A DNA stretch of 64,000 nucleotides from Nitrosopumilaceae archaeon (GCA_965214835.1 CBDCCK010000002.1:2688001-2752000), one strand, 5' to 3'; shown: positions 1 to 11,136, counted from the stretch's first letter. Numbers and translations: made by a program. The notes: generated from the sequence alone by a model not told the origin.

Positions 1-265
1 TACCTCAGGAGCCTCCAGAAATCAGTTCTTTGAACGTTTCTTGAACGACTGCAAACCGGACACATGATCTGGTAGCTATGCAGTCGGAAATCGGCAAACA
101 GCAGATCCCTCGCCTTGCTTTTTATCCTGCGTAAAAGGAGGTGTTTGAAGGATGATGGGCTTGGCGTGGTCATGTGGGATCCAGAAAGTAGCTCGTCCCC
201 CCCCCCTTTATCTAGCATGGTACTCCTCTCCGGCCTGCCCATCTATGACCGTTTCGCCCGCAGAT

Positions 266-1460
266 GGGGTTGTCCAAAAAATTTCCGCAAAATGACCGTT
301 GGGTTCATAGATCATGGGCGCACGGCGCCGAAAATGATTTTGATCAGCCGATCCTGAATATCCCAATGAGCAACAACAGGAAGAACACGGACTATTGCCG
401 CCTCTACGAGCAAAAGCGCAGGCAGGAGAGCTTCCGCAGGAAGAGGATGATGAAGAATCTGAGAAAGATCGTGCGCAGGGCGGCCGGGAGGATGGCAGAC
501 AAGACTGGAATCGACGCCCGTCTTGCGTGGTCTGCCATACGCATCGCGATCCTCAGGATCGAAAACGGCCTGTCCTACAGGACCATGGCCACGCACTTGG
601 ATGCAAACCCGGACGATCTCAGGAGGTGCGGCCTGGACCGCGCGCTCTCAAAGTCCACCCTGCACAACAGGGCGGTCATGCTCTGGGACATGGGCAAGGA
701 CTTCATGGACGAGGTCGTGCTGGCCATGTCAGACGGCGAGCGCATAGCGGACCTGCACGGCGACTCGACGGGGTTCGGCCTCCGCAGGCACAGGAGCTGG
801 CACCACGCAAAATACGGCGGGATGACCGGGCACGACTTTGCAAAGCTGCACATAGTAGGCGCAATCGGGGGCAGGATACTGTCATTCGAGGCCACGCCGG
901 GCACGTCAGGCGACTCGCCGGAGCTTGCCCGCACGCTGAGCCGCATCCCACGTGGCGGATGCGGCATCGTGGCGCTGGACTCGGCATACGACTCGTACAA
1001 AAACTGCGGGCTGATTGCAAAGAGCGGCCGCGTGCCCGTCATAAAGCCAGCAAAGGGGAACGAAAAACCCCGCGGGTTCAGTGCCAGGGCCAGGATGCTG
1101 CGGTGGCTGCGCGACAGGCCGGACGAGTTCTGGCGGGCCTACCACAAGAGGAGCCGGGCAGAGTCCCTGCTCTCGGCAATGAAGGAAAGGACCGGATCCG
1201 TCCTGCGCTCAAAGATGGACGGAACCATCACTGCAGAGATGTTCGCTCGCATGCCGTGCTACAGCCTTACGACATGATTTTGTATCACAATCCGTACCGT
1301 TGGATCGCAGCACTGCCGCAAGGTATGACCTGCACAGATGTTTGCGCGGCCTTTTGCGCACGGCTGGCCGGAAACGTCCCGTCATCCGTCTGAAATCGCC
1401 CGCATCCGGGGTCAGGCCGGCAGATTATGGCGTCCTGTTGGAAGTTTTTTGGACAACCCC
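266..1460 (+). mobile_element. IS5-family insertion sequence (ISH1/IS903-like)
   Basis: TIRs GGGGTTGTCCAAAAAATTTCC (266-286) and GGAAGTTTTTTGGACAACCCC (1440-1460), 20/21 match; encloses a DDE transposase. Confidence 0.85.
366..1277 (+). CDS. IS5-family transposase
   Basis: Motifs DSTGF, KLHIV, DSAYDS, YHKRSRAES; ATG at 366 is in frame with ORF 264..1277. Confidence 0.85.
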   Translation: MSNNRKNTDYCRLYEQKRRQESFRRKRMMKNLRKIVRRAAGRMADKTGIDARLAWSAIRIAILRIENGLSYRTMATHLDANPDDLRRCGLDRALSKSTLHNRAVMLWDMGKDFMDEVVLAMSDGERIADLHGDSTGFGLRRHRSWHHAKYGGMTGHDFAKLHIVGAIGGRILSFEATPGTSGDSPELARTLSRIPRGGCGIVALDSAYDSYKNCGLIAKSGRVPVIKPAKGNEKPRGFSARARMLRWLRDRPDEFWRAYHKRSRAESLLSAMKERTGSVLRSKMDGTITAEMFARMPCYSLTT

Positions 1461-1623
1461 CCCCCCCCGGAGATGGCATCCTTTTGACAAAAGATGCCTG
1501 AAAGGTGGTTCGAAATCAGGGACCGTGCAAATGACCGGATTTTTCAGCACGTTTCGCTCAGACGGCGTTCGCTAAAACAAAGCCAGATTTGGAGTTTATT
1601 AATCAGCAATTAGACGAAAAGGT

Positions 1624-1848
1624 GTGAATACCGGAAAAATCATCGTAATTGCCGGGGTTTGTATGTTTGCTGTAGGCCTGGTTATGTTTTATTCGATCAG
1701 ATCAGGGGAGACGGATTCCACCCTAAGGCTGGCAAAGAACATCGGCACGTTTGTCGGATTAAGCGGAATTGGGGTCACATTGGGAGGAATCATGCTGTTT
1801 TTGATAGGCAGAAATGAGCCTCCAATTAAGGAAAATTATGATGCCTGA
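1624..1848 (+). CDS. Small membrane protein (two TM helices)
   Basis: 74-aa ORF with two hydrophobic segments; TTTATTAA TATA-like element upstream. Confidence 0.7.
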   Translation: MNTGKIIVIAGVCMFAVGLVMFYSIRSGETDSTLRLAKNIGTFVGLSGIGVTLGGIMLFLIGRNEPPIKENYDA

Positions 1849-2954
1849 ACATGCCAAAGCATTCCCCGGTATTTCTCAGCTGCGGCAACGAATTTGCGTC
1901 ATTTACAAAAAAGAACTTTCTTTGCTTGCCAGACTCGATTCCATAGAGTTGATTCGGAGCAATTAGCAGATTCGGATTATTCACGTATTGACAAACTCGC
2001 ATCAAACCGATCAGGATTCCTGCAAACGGCAAGTTATCCGCATGTGAAGTTGTTTAACAAGCGTACGGAAAAAACCGGGCGATGAACTGCACGGTCCCTG
2101 ATTTCGGATCACCGTTCAGTCCGGACATCCGTCCTTGCCGCATACGTCCCTTATGTACCGATTCAGCTGTCTGCCCGACTGATCAATCGACAGCCTTTCA
2201 GCGTAGTGCCGCCGCCCCTGCATGGCCACGCGCCTCCGGAGACCGTCGTCGTCCCTCAGCTGCAGGATGCACCGGGCCAGCTCCCCGGGCGAGTCAGAGT
2301 GCACCAGCATGCAGTTCTCCCCGTCGGCCAGGCCGGCCTCGCGTGTCGTGGGCGTGCTTATGGTGACCAGCGGCTTGGCCGACGCAAGGATCTGGTTGAT
2401 CTTGTTGGACATGGATCCCTTGCACTTGTCACTTGTGCCAAACAGCCCCATGCACACGTCGCTGTCATTTATCTGCTGTACAAGTGACAGGACAGGAAGC
2501 ACGCCCAGAAATCTTACGTTAGGTAGGCCGGCCTCCTCGGCGTACCGCCTTACCTCGGGCTCGTCCTGGCCGCCGCCGCAGAAGACAAACGTTATGTCCT
2601 TTTTGCCGCGCAGGTGGTCGGCAGCCTCCGCTATGACCCGGGTGCCGTACGTGGGAATGAACGATCCGAAATACAGCACGACGAACTCGTCCGTCCGCTC
2701 CTTGAACGGCAGGGGCCTGAAGAGCGGCTCATATGCGGCAGGCCAGAGCCGGCAGAACCTCTCCCTTGGCAGGCCGTACTCCCTGACAAACCATTCGATC
2801 TGAAAGGTGCTCTCCGTTATTACCAGATCCGACCACCTGCAGGCGGTCTTTTCCGCAATGCGGACGAACCTGGCCCTCAGCGAGTTTTTGGGGATCTTTT
2901 TGCGGACGTTTACCTTCGTATCGTAAATCGACAACGGACAAAAACATAGTACTG

Positions 2955-4377
2955 TAGTCAATATATAAAAAAAAGAACAATTTTGACAACTATTTTTGAT
3001 CCAAACATTAAGATCAGGCAAGGAATGCGCATATGCATGGACAGACAGAGAAAGGAATTCGTAGCATCAGGGAGCAAATTCCTGCCAAATACGTCACGCT
3101 CCTACCTGCACAAGGCATACAAAAAGGAGACAGACAAGAGAAAGCGCGACAGGCTGCTTGCATACATGCAGCGCAAGGACGACCTCGGTGTGGAACAGAT
3201 AGCAAAGAACCTCGACCGGGCACATTCCACCATATCCAAGTGGCTCATCCGCGCACAGGACGAGGGAATACGTGCAAGGCACGAGCGGCCAGGCAGGGGA
3301 CGCAAGCACAAGCTGAGTGAGTCGCAGCTGAAACAGCTTGCGGCGGATCTCAAGTCAGGATCCGAGGAGTGCGGTTTTGAGAGCAGCCTGTGGGACTCGG
3401 GCCTGATGAGACGGCACATCAAAAAGAAGTTCGGCATAGAATACAGCAAGAGCGGCACGCGGCTGCTGGCACGCGAGCTTGGGTTCTCATGGAGGAAGCC
3501 GAGGCCCAAGAACCCAAAGGCCGTCTCAAAACAAAAGCAGAACGAGTTCAAGGAGGCATCCCAGGAGCTGATACGGGAAAAGGAGGCGCAAGGGTATACG
3601 GTACTGGCAGAAGACGAGTCATCCATACAAAAGACCTCAAACAGCCCCAAACACGGGTGGATCAGGCGCGGCATGAGCGTCACGGCGCCCTTGACGCTGT
3701 CACGGCAGCGCCGGTACATGTTCGGCGTGCTGGCAGTTAACATATTCTACTATATGTTCTATGACAAGACCAACACCAACAGCTTTTGCGACTTTTTGGA
3801 AAAGGTGCACGAAAAGTACGGAAAGGTGTTGATATTCCTGGATAATGCGTCATACCACAAGTCTGTCGGCGTAAGGAAGACGCTGGAAAAGTACAAGGGC
3901 GAGATAATACTGGAGTACCTGCCGCCGTCCACGCCGGAGCTCAATCCTGTAGAGATACAGTGGAGGGAGATAAAGCGGAGGCTGTCTGCCAAGGTGTTTG
4001 ATACGCTTGATGAGATGGAGCAGTCCGTGCGGAATCTGTTTACCAGCGGAGAGATCCTACCGGTAAAGATGTTCCGATATTTGATGGGCTGACTACTGCA
4101 GCAGCAACAACTGTCGTGTTCCATACTGTCGGGTCTTGTGTGGCAGTATGTCAAACTCCACATGCACGAATTAACTGCAGCAGCAACAACTGTCGTGTTC
4201 CATACTGTCGGGTCTAGTACGCCTTGCAAAGGCGTGAGTGCTTTGCTTGCCCAGGAATTTGTCCCTAGATGCCACAAATTCTGCCTGTTTTCCCATGCAT
4301 GTGCGATGGTTTGCCTGATCTTAATGTTTGGATCAAAAGCAGTTGTCAAAATTGTTCGTTTTTTTATGAATTGACTA
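2955..4377 (+). mobile_element. IS630-family element A (intact) with long imperfect terminal inverted repeats
   Basis: Ends TAGTCAATATATAAAAAAAAGAACAATTTTGACAAC / GTTGTCAAAATTGTTCGTTTTTTTATGAATTGACTA; TG on both flanks. Confidence 0.9.
3037..4092 (+). CDS. IS630 transposase
   Basis: HTH region, then EDES, LDNASYH, PELNPVE DDE motifs. Confidence 0.92.
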   Translation: MDRQRKEFVASGSKFLPNTSRSYLHKAYKKETDKRKRDRLLAYMQRKDDLGVEQIAKNLDRAHSTISKWLIRAQDEGIRARHERPGRGRKHKLSESQLKQLAADLKSGSEECGFESSLWDSGLMRRHIKKKFGIEYSKSGTRLLARELGFSWRKPRPKNPKAVSKQKQNEFKEASQELIREKEAQGYTVLAEDESSIQKTSNSPKHGWIRRGMSVTAPLTLSRQRRYMFGVLAVNIFYYMFYDKTNTNSFCDFLEKVHEKYGKVLIFLDNASYHKSVGVRKTLEKYKGEIILEYLPPSTPELNPVEIQWREIKRRLSAKVFDTLDEMEQSVRNLFTSGEILPVKMFRYLMG

Positions 4378-4773
4378 TGGCCCTTTGGAAACCAGTCTGG
4401 CAAAGGGAATTATGAATGGTCTCCCCCTCCTTAAATACGGGATTATCATTACGTCATAATCGATCTTCCTGTGCTTTAGAAACAGCCGGACGTACGCCTT
4501 TATGGCAGAGCCGAAGGAGTGATATTCATCATGGCACTCTGCCGTTTCAAAGCCCTGCGACCTGCAGATCTCTTTTATCAGATCGCCGGTGCTTCCCGAC
4601 GGAATGCCGTCGGTGGATCTGACGTAGGGGCCAAAGAGGCACAACCTCATGACGTTCAGAGCAGATCTTGGCATAATATCTTTTGTACAACATCAGATCG
4701 TAATAGGTTAGCCCCTGCCTAGTTGATTTTTTCTGACCACCTGATCTATAAACTATCATTACCCGGGAAATAC

Positions 4774-6363
4774 ATGCCTACAGCCTCGGAATTCAAGGAA
4801 CTATGCAATGAGCTTGCCCGCGAAAAAGCGGAACTTCAGAAGGAGCAGAAGGAACATCAGAGGACGCAAGGCAAGCTTCAGAAGGAGCAGAAGGAACATC
4901 AGAGGACACAAGGCAAGCTTCAGAAGGAGCAGAAGGAACATCAGAGGACACAAGGCAAGCTTCAGAAGGAGCAGAAGGAACATCAGAGGACACGGGAGGA
5001 GCTTGCCGCTGAGAAGGCGGGACGCAAATCTGACAATGCCGTCTCTGCCGCGCAAATCGCGACGCAGACAGCACAAATCAAGCAGTTCAAACAACGCATC
5101 ACATATTATGAGAACCCGCACAGCCCCTCCTCGCAGAACTCGATTCCGACCAGGCAGAAAAAGGCAGCAGCCGCGGCAGGGGCATCTGGAAGGGCACCTA
5201 CAAGGCCGGGCCGCAGGCCCGGACACGAGGGCATATCACACAGGAGAACACCGACCCGGGAAATGAACCACGTGCCTGACATGTGCGGCGCGTGCAACGG
5301 GCGCGACCTGACAGATCCGGTTCCCGCCGGAACTAGGATGGCTACTGACATTCCAGAGATCCCAGAGCCGGTCACGACACAGCACTACTTTACCCGCCGC
5401 AAGTGCCGCAAGTGCGGCGCCATCACCACGACAAACGGGGGCGGGCTGGTCGTTCCGGGCACCGAGTTTGGACCCAACATTGCCTCCTATATCGGCACCC
5501 TGTACACCATGCCGGCATCCGTCGGCTCGATCAGGCGCATCGTAAAGGAGATCTTTAAAATTGATGTAAGCAAGGCGATGATACAGAACTGCCTCAAGAC
5601 CGTTACAAAGAAGCTTGATCCGTGCGTGGAGGACATCAAAAAAGACATTGCAGGATGCGACCACGTCCACATGGACGAGACGGGGATGCCATACGACGGC
5701 AAGAGCGGCTACATGTGGGTGGCAGTGGGCGTCAAGGACGGCAATGCCGTCGGCGCGCACATGGTGGCAACTGACAGCAGGAGGGCATCCGTACTGGATG
5801 AGCACTTTTCATACGTGCCCAGAGTCGGGGTGACTGACGGATACCCCGGATACGACAAGTTCTTTGGCAGGAACAGGCAGCGGTGCTGGGCCCACATAAT
5901 CCGGGAGGCAGATGCCCAAAGCGAGAAAACGGACTCCCCGGAGGTTCGCGCCGCAGGCGAGCGCCTCAAGTGGCAGATGCATTGCGCCAAGGGGCCGGGG
6001 CCGCCGGAGGAGGCTGCCAGGCAGCACGACAGTCGGGTGGCAGAAACACGCGAGATTGCCGCCACATACAGGAAGGAAGGATGTGACAGCTGTGCCACAA
6101 AGATTGACAACGCCTCGGAGTTTCTCTACACGTTTACGACGCGTCCTGGGATGGATCCCACCAACAACCTGGCAGAGCGCACGCTGAGGCCCGGCGTGAT
6201 CGCGCGCAAGATACGGTTCGGACTGCGGACAAAAGACGGACAGAAGATGTTCGGTAACATGTTGACGTGCATCGAGACATGGCGCCTCCGGGGGTGCAAC
6301 GTTACGGACATGATCAGGGACGCGCTGGTCAGAAACCCCGGGTACGTGGTCGTCTGCCCCTAG
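4774..6363 (+). CDS. IS66-family transposase
   Basis: Coiled coil, Zn finger, HMDETG, TDGY, QRCWAH, TNNLAERTLR motifs. Confidence 0.92.
   Translation: MPTASEFKELCNELAREKAELQKEQKEHQRTQGKLQKEQKEHQRTQGKLQKEQKEHQRTQGKLQKEQKEHQRTREELAAEKAGRKSDNAVSAAQIATQTAQIKQFKQRITYYENPHSPSSQNSIPTRQKKAAAAAGASGRAPTRPGRRPGHEGISHRRTPTREMNHVPDMCGACNGRDLTDPVPAGTRMATDIPEIPEPVTTQHYFTRRKCRKCGAITTTNGGGLVVPGTEFGPNIASYIGTLYTMPASVGSIRRIVKEIFKIDVSKAMIQNCLKTVTKKLDPCVEDIKKDIAGCDHVHMDETGMPYDGKSGYMWVAVGVKDGNAVGAHMVATDSRRASVLDEHFSYVPRVGVTDGYPGYDKFFGRNRQRCWAHIIREADAQSEKTDSPEVRAAGERLKWQMHCAKGPGPPEEAARQHDSRVAETREIAATYRKEGCDSCATKIDNASEFLYTFTTRPGMDPTNNLAERTLRPGVIARKIRFGLRTKDGQKMFGNMLTCIETWRLRGCNVTDMIRDALVRNPGYVVVCP
4834..4992 (+). repeat. 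42-bp coding tandem repeat x3.8 (LQKEQKEHQRTQGK)
   Basis: Direct repeats CTTCAGAAGGAGCAGAAGGAACATCAGAGGACRCAAGGCAAG; also present in copy 2 at about 10844-11002. Confidence 0.95.
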
Positions 6364-6602
6364 CAATCCTGCACTAATCTGCCTGCAGTTGTGATTTTCA
6401 TGCCTGAAAAGACGGTGGGTGTGACTTTAACTCTAGGCAGGGGCTAACCTATTACTCTTGATCATATGCAACAATACACAGTGCAAAGACTGCAAAAAAC
6501 AAAACGGGAAGCTTGGTCATCACTTTACCAACAGGCTGTTAAAGACGGGCAGCAGCTCATCAAGCGTGTGATAGCGTGAATTTACGCTCATCGATGTATG
6601 TT

Positions 6603-7970
6603 CAGTAGTTGAAAATGTACCCCCTTTTTAAGTGTCTGAATGTTTTGAACAAGTTGACATGATTTTTTCACCAATCGAGCTATAAACAGCGGTGTTCCTG
6701 TCTACCTTGATAATGAACCAAACTCAACAGAAACACCACACAAGGTACGGTGAGGCCGGATTTAAATTCTTGGTTACCGCAGTAGGCATGCTGAAAATCA
6801 AGTTCTCCTCAAGACACAACGCCATGTGGGGCCTGGAAGACGCCTCCCGCCTGATTGCATCCATGTCGGAGCGTTCCGCATGTGCGCACTATACCGTCCA
6901 AAAGCTTGCACTTCTTGCATCAGAAGGCGCCGGGGCCGCGGTGCCCAGCTCGGCCTGGCTTCTTGCAAAGCTGGGGCACGCAAGGCTGTCCACGATGGAG
7001 AAAAGGTGCGATGCAATGCTGCATTACACGGCCGCCGAGGCGGTGGGCAGGCAGCTTTGCTCCCTCCAAAGGAGCCACAAGGCGCCTGTCCTTGCCATAG
7101 ACGAGACCAAGCTGCCCAGATACGACAAGAAAACCGACATAAAGCACCTGGTAAAGTCAAAGCGCGACAGGGGCACCATCAACTATGAGCAGTACATGAC
7201 ATGCAAGCTGACATCCAAGGCCGGCGCCGACGTGCATACGGCCTGCCGCATGGTGACCGAGGGCGACAAACAGGCCGATCTGGTGCGTAATATGCTCAAA
7301 AAATGCGCCGATCTGGGCATTACGCCCAGGCTCGGGTCAAGGCGCAGCATCATCCTGCTTGACAGGGGGTTCTTTTCGGTCGATGTAATGGATGCCATAT
7401 CCGAACCCGGGTTTGCATTCATCATGCCCGCAGTCAAGACGCCGGGGATAAAGAGGGCCATAGTGCAGCGCGCCCGCGGCAAGAGAAAGGCAGTATCAAG
7501 GTATACCATGAGGTCGTCAGACGGCAAAGAGTTCACGTTCACGCTGGTCATCAAGAAGATCCCAAGGTCCAAGGCAAAGAACGTCTTTGACAGATACCAC
7601 GTGTTTGCGACCACGGTGCGCTGCTGCAGCTATCGGCAGCTGTTCTGCCATGTGACAAGAGAGTACCGGAACAGGTGGGGCATAGAGACCGGATACCGCT
7701 GTGCCAAGAGCGTCAGGCCGCGGACCGTCAGCAGGAATCCTGTCCTGCGTGTGCTTTTGTTTTACATGTCGCTTGCAGTATGCAACATATGGCTGACAAT
7801 GAGGGACTCGGGAGACCCAAAGACCCGCGTCATGGCGCTGCTGACTCTGATGTATGCCGTGGTCCTGTATTCGTGCTGCCTCCGTGCGCCGGATGCCGAC
7901 AGGATCGGGGTGGGGCGACGGCGGCATGATCCCGGCTAGACGGATTTATGGGGTACATTTTCAACTACTG
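6603..7970 (+). mobile_element. ISH3/IS4-like insertion sequence
   Basis: 21-bp perfect TIR CAGTAGTTGAAAATGTACCCC; no TSD. Confidence 0.88.
6713..7939 (+). CDS. ISH3/IS4-like transposase
   Basis: AIDET, LLDRGF, YRNRWGIETGYR (YREK-type) motifs. Confidence 0.88.
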   Translation: MNQTQQKHHTRYGEAGFKFLVTAVGMLKIKFSSRHNAMWGLEDASRLIASMSERSACAHYTVQKLALLASEGAGAAVPSSAWLLAKLGHARLSTMEKRCDAMLHYTAAEAVGRQLCSLQRSHKAPVLAIDETKLPRYDKKTDIKHLVKSKRDRGTINYEQYMTCKLTSKAGADVHTACRMVTEGDKQADLVRNMLKKCADLGITPRLGSRRSIILLDRGFFSVDVMDAISEPGFAFIMPAVKTPGIKRAIVQRARGKRKAVSRYTMRSSDGKEFTFTLVIKKIPRSKAKNVFDRYHVFATTVRCCSYRQLFCHVTREYRNRWGIETGYRCAKSVRPRTVSRNPVLRVLLFYMSLAVCNIWLTMRDSGDPKTRVMALLTLMYAVVLYSCCLRAPDADRIGVGRRRHDPG

Positions 7971-8527
7971 ACCCTGCATATCCTGATGGCATCCCTCCTG
8001 GATATTGTTTTTGGGACCATCTCCCTTATCTTGTCAGGGACTGCGCCATACCCCAGGTATTCCCGGAACGTTCTGCGGGAGACACCGAGTGCCCTTGATG
8101 CTGCTGCCACCCCCATCTTTTCTGCCAGAAACTCACACGATGCGGCCATCTCGGAGGCAGACATGTCCCTTCTGTGCAGGTTCTCGATTACCGATACTGC
8201 CTTTGCATCCTCGATATCGTGCGAGCTTTCACGGGAGAGTATCAGGACGGGAATCGTCTTGGAGCCTAACTTTCTGAGTGCCTCAAGTCGTCTCTGTCCT
8301 GCCATGAGCAGGTACGAGTTTGCGCCGCTTCTCTGCACCATCGGGGGATTCTGCAGTCCCTCCTCCCTTATGGAGCGGGCAAGCGAGTCGATATCAGTAT
8401 CATCCAGCGTTCTTGACTGTGCCTCCTCCCACACAGTAACAGAATCAATCGGAACCTCCCTTAGAGAATACAATATTGGATTTTCCTTTATGCCTTCCAA
8501 CGGTCTGTGTATTGTGGAACCTCTCAT
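7971..8527 (-). pseudogene. ParB/Srx-domain protein, 3'-truncated by the IS
   Basis: LARSIREEGLQNP, AGQRRLEA, IENLHRRD, then HTH; ORF runs into the IS end. Confidence 0.8.
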
Positions 8528-8556
8528 AAACTTTTGTAAATGAGTTAAAGAAAAAG

Positions 8557-8811
8557 TTGGAATCAGACCAGAAAGACAGAATCAAGGAAATGCTGCTGAC
8601 AGCAACAATGAATGAGATCAAGGGAGGGACAAGCCACAATGTAACTCCAAAAGAGTGCGAAACGATTTTTGACATTAGGATTCCCGTTGATAAAAATTGC
8701 AAGGACGTTGAGCAGCAAGTGGCAGCATCAGTCAAGGAAATTGCCCAAGTGCGCAGAGTGGAGGCGTTTTATTCCATTTTGGATGAGACTGAGCCGTTTG
8801 AGGCGCCGTGA
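8557..8811 (+). pseudogene. Internal fragment of an M20 peptidase (LysK/ArgE-like deacetylase)
   Basis: IKGGTSHNVTP...FDIRIP dimerisation-domain motif only; both ends missing. Confidence 0.7.
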
Positions 8812-9380
8812 ATCTCCTTGACTATGCCGACAGAATTAGGTTCCACGTCGCCTATATGCGTCACAGACACTACAAAGTCACACATTTTCACAAAATGACT
8901 TTTTTTAGCGTCGTATATAGCCGACGTGTTGGGTTGAGCGATAAACCTAAAATGAAAAGTGTTGAGGCAAAACCTCCAATACCTGATTGACCAGTAGGGC
9001 CACACCGTGCCGATGCTTATCGTACATACGCTCCGTTTTTAAGTCTTACAAGATCGGAGATTTCCAGCACCCGACGCTTTCTAGGTAGAAGAAACATCCG
9101 TTAAGTTACCAGTTCCCCGAAAACAACAAAAATAAAAGCACGCACAAAACAGTCATTCACGTTGGAACCAACAAAAAAACACACGTCCAAGCACATAACG
9201 TTTCGTGCTTCAGACGACATTGTAAAAGTGCTAGAAAGGGAGGCCGCACGTCTTGGAATATCCACAAGCGCACTACTTAACTCCATACTGCAAAGATGGG
9301 CCGGCTGGGACAGGTATGCGCAAAAACTGGGACTGATTCAGGTTCCAAAGGAACTGCTGTTGGAGGTCATATCTGGCGTA

Positions 9381-11136
9381 GTAATAGGTTAGCCCCTGCC
9401 TAGAGTTAAAGTCACACCCACCGTCTTTTCAGGCATGAAAATCACAACTGCAGGCAGATTAGTGCAGGATTGCTAGGGGCAGACGACCACGTACCCGGGG
9501 TTTCTGACCAGCGCGTCCCTGATCATGTCCGTAACGTTGCACCCCCGGAGGCGCCATGTCTCGATGCACGTCAACATGTTACCGAACATCTTCTGTCCGT
9601 CTTTTGTCCGCAGTCCGAACCGTATCTTGCGCGCGATCACGCCGGGCCTCAGCGTGCGCTCTGCCAGGTTGTTGGTGGGATCCATCCCAGGACGCGTCGT
9701 AAACGTGTAGAGAAACTCCGAGGCGTTGTCAATCTTTGTGGCACAGCTGTCACATCCTTCCTTCCTGTATGTGGCGGCAATCTCGCGTGTTTCTGCCACC
9801 CGACTGTCGTGCTGCCTGGCAGCCTCCTCCGGCGGCCCCGGCCCCTTGGCGCAATGCATCTGCCACTTGAGGCGCTCGCCTGCGGCGCGAACCTCCGGGG
9901 AGTCCGTTTTCTCGCTTTGGGCGTCTGCCTCCCGGATTATGTGGGCCCAGCACCGCTGCCTGTTCCTGCCAAAGAACTTGTCGTATCCGGGGTATCCGTC
10001 AGTCACCCCGACTCTGGGCACGTATGAAAAGTGCTCATCCAGTACGGATGCCCTCCTGCTGTCAGTTGCCACCATGTGCGCGCCGACGGCATTGCCGTCC
10101 TTGACGCCCACTGCCACCCACATGTAGCCGCTCTTGCCGTCGTATGGCATCCCCGTCTCGTCCATGTGGACGTGGTCGCATCCTGCAATGTCTTTTTTGA
10201 TGTCCTCCACGCACGGATCAAGCTTCTTTGTAACGGTCTTGAGGCAGTTCTGTATCATCGCCTTGCTTACATCAATTTTAAAGATCTCCTTTACGATGCG
10301 CCTGATCGTGCCGACGGATGCCGGCATGGTGTACAGGGTGCCGATATAGGAGGCAATGTTGGGTCCAAACTCGGTGCCCGGAACGACCAGCCCGCCCCCG
10401 TTTGTCGTGGTGGTGGCGCCGCACTTGCGGCACTTGCGGCGGGTAAAGTAGTGCTGGGTCGTGACCGGCTCTGGGATCTCTGGAATGTCAGTAGCCATCC
10501 TAGTTCCGGCGGGAACCGGATCTGTCAGGTCGCGCCCGTTGCACGCGCCGCACATGTCAGGCACGTGGTTCATTTCCCGGGTCGGTGTTCTCCTGTGTGA
10601 TATGCCCTCGTGTCCGGGCCTGCGGCCCGGCCTTGCCGGTGCCCTTCCAGATGCCCCTGCCGCGGCTGCTGCCTTTTTCTGCCTGGTCGGAATCGAGTTC
10701 TGCGAGGAGGGGCTGTGCGGGTTCTCATAATATGTGATGCGTTGTTTGAACTGCTTGATTTGTGCTGTCTGCGTCGCGATTTGCGCGGCAGAGACGGCAT
10801 TGTCAGATTTGCGTCCCGCCTTCTCAGCGGCAAGCTCCTCCCGTGTCCTCTGATGTTCCTTCTGCTCCTTCTGAAGCTTGCCTTGCGTCCTCTGATGTTC
10901 CTTCTGCTCCTTCTGAAGCTTGCCTTGCGTCCTCTGATGTTCCTTCTGCTCCTTCTGAAGCTTGCCTTGCGTCCTCTGATGTTCCTTCTGCTCCTTCTGA
11001 AGTTCCGCTTTTTCGCGGGCAAGCTCATTGCATAGTTCCTTGAATTCCGAGGCTGTAGGCATGTATTTCCCGGGTAATGATAGTTTATAGATCAGGTGGT
11101 CAGAAAAAATCAACTAGGCAGGGGCTAACCTATTAC
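9381..11136 (-). mobile_element. IS66 type 1, copy 2
   Basis: Same TIRs; 8-bp TSD CTGGCGTA (9373-9380 / 11137-11144); nearly identical to copy 1. Confidence 0.95.
9473..11062 (-). CDS. IS66-family transposase
   Basis: Near-identical to 4774..6363. Confidence 0.92.
   Translation of the reverse strand: MPTASEFKELCNELAREKAELQKEQKEHQRTQGKLQKEQKEHQRTQGKLQKEQKEHQRTQGKLQKEQKEHQRTREELAAEKAGRKSDNAVSAAQIATQTAQIKQFKQRITYYENPHSPSSQNSIPTRQKKAAAAAGASGRAPARPGRRPGHEGISHRRTPTREMNHVPDMCGACNGRDLTDPVPAGTRMATDIPEIPEPVTTQHYFTRRKCRKCGATTTTNGGGLVVPGTEFGPNIASYIGTLYTMPASVGTIRRIVKEIFKIDVSKAMIQNCLKTVTKKLDPCVEDIKKDIAGCDHVHMDETGMPYDGKSGYMWVAVGVKDGNAVGAHMVATDSRRASVLDEHFSYVPRVGVTDGYPGYDKFFGRNRQRCWAHIIREADAQSEKTDSPEVRAAGERLKWQMHCAKGPGPPEEAARQHDSRVAETREIAATYRKEGCDSCATKIDNASEFLYTFTTRPGMDPTNNLAERTLRPGVIARKIRFGLRTKDGQKMFGNMLTCIETWRLRGCNVTDMIRDALVRNPGYVVVCP

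Larger units (their letters stand above)
2116..4674 (-). pseudogene. GT4-family glycosyltransferase split by IS630
   Basis: N-part 4378-4674 and C-part 2116-2954 (YFGSF, SDVCMG, NKINQILASAKP) rejoin in frame as ...SKGPVLCFCPLSIYDT... when the IS is removed. Confidence 0.85.
4700..6455 (+). mobile_element. Single-ORF IS66-family element, type 1, copy 1
   Basis: 23-bp perfect TIR GTAATAGGTTAGCCCCTGCCTAG; flanks ATCAGATC and TCTTGATC do not form a TSD. Confidence 0.92.

Noticed and set aside
4700-11136. Composite transposon formed by the two inverted IS66 copies
   Set aside because: Copy 2 has its own 8-bp TSD inside a split gene, and the outer flanks do not match.
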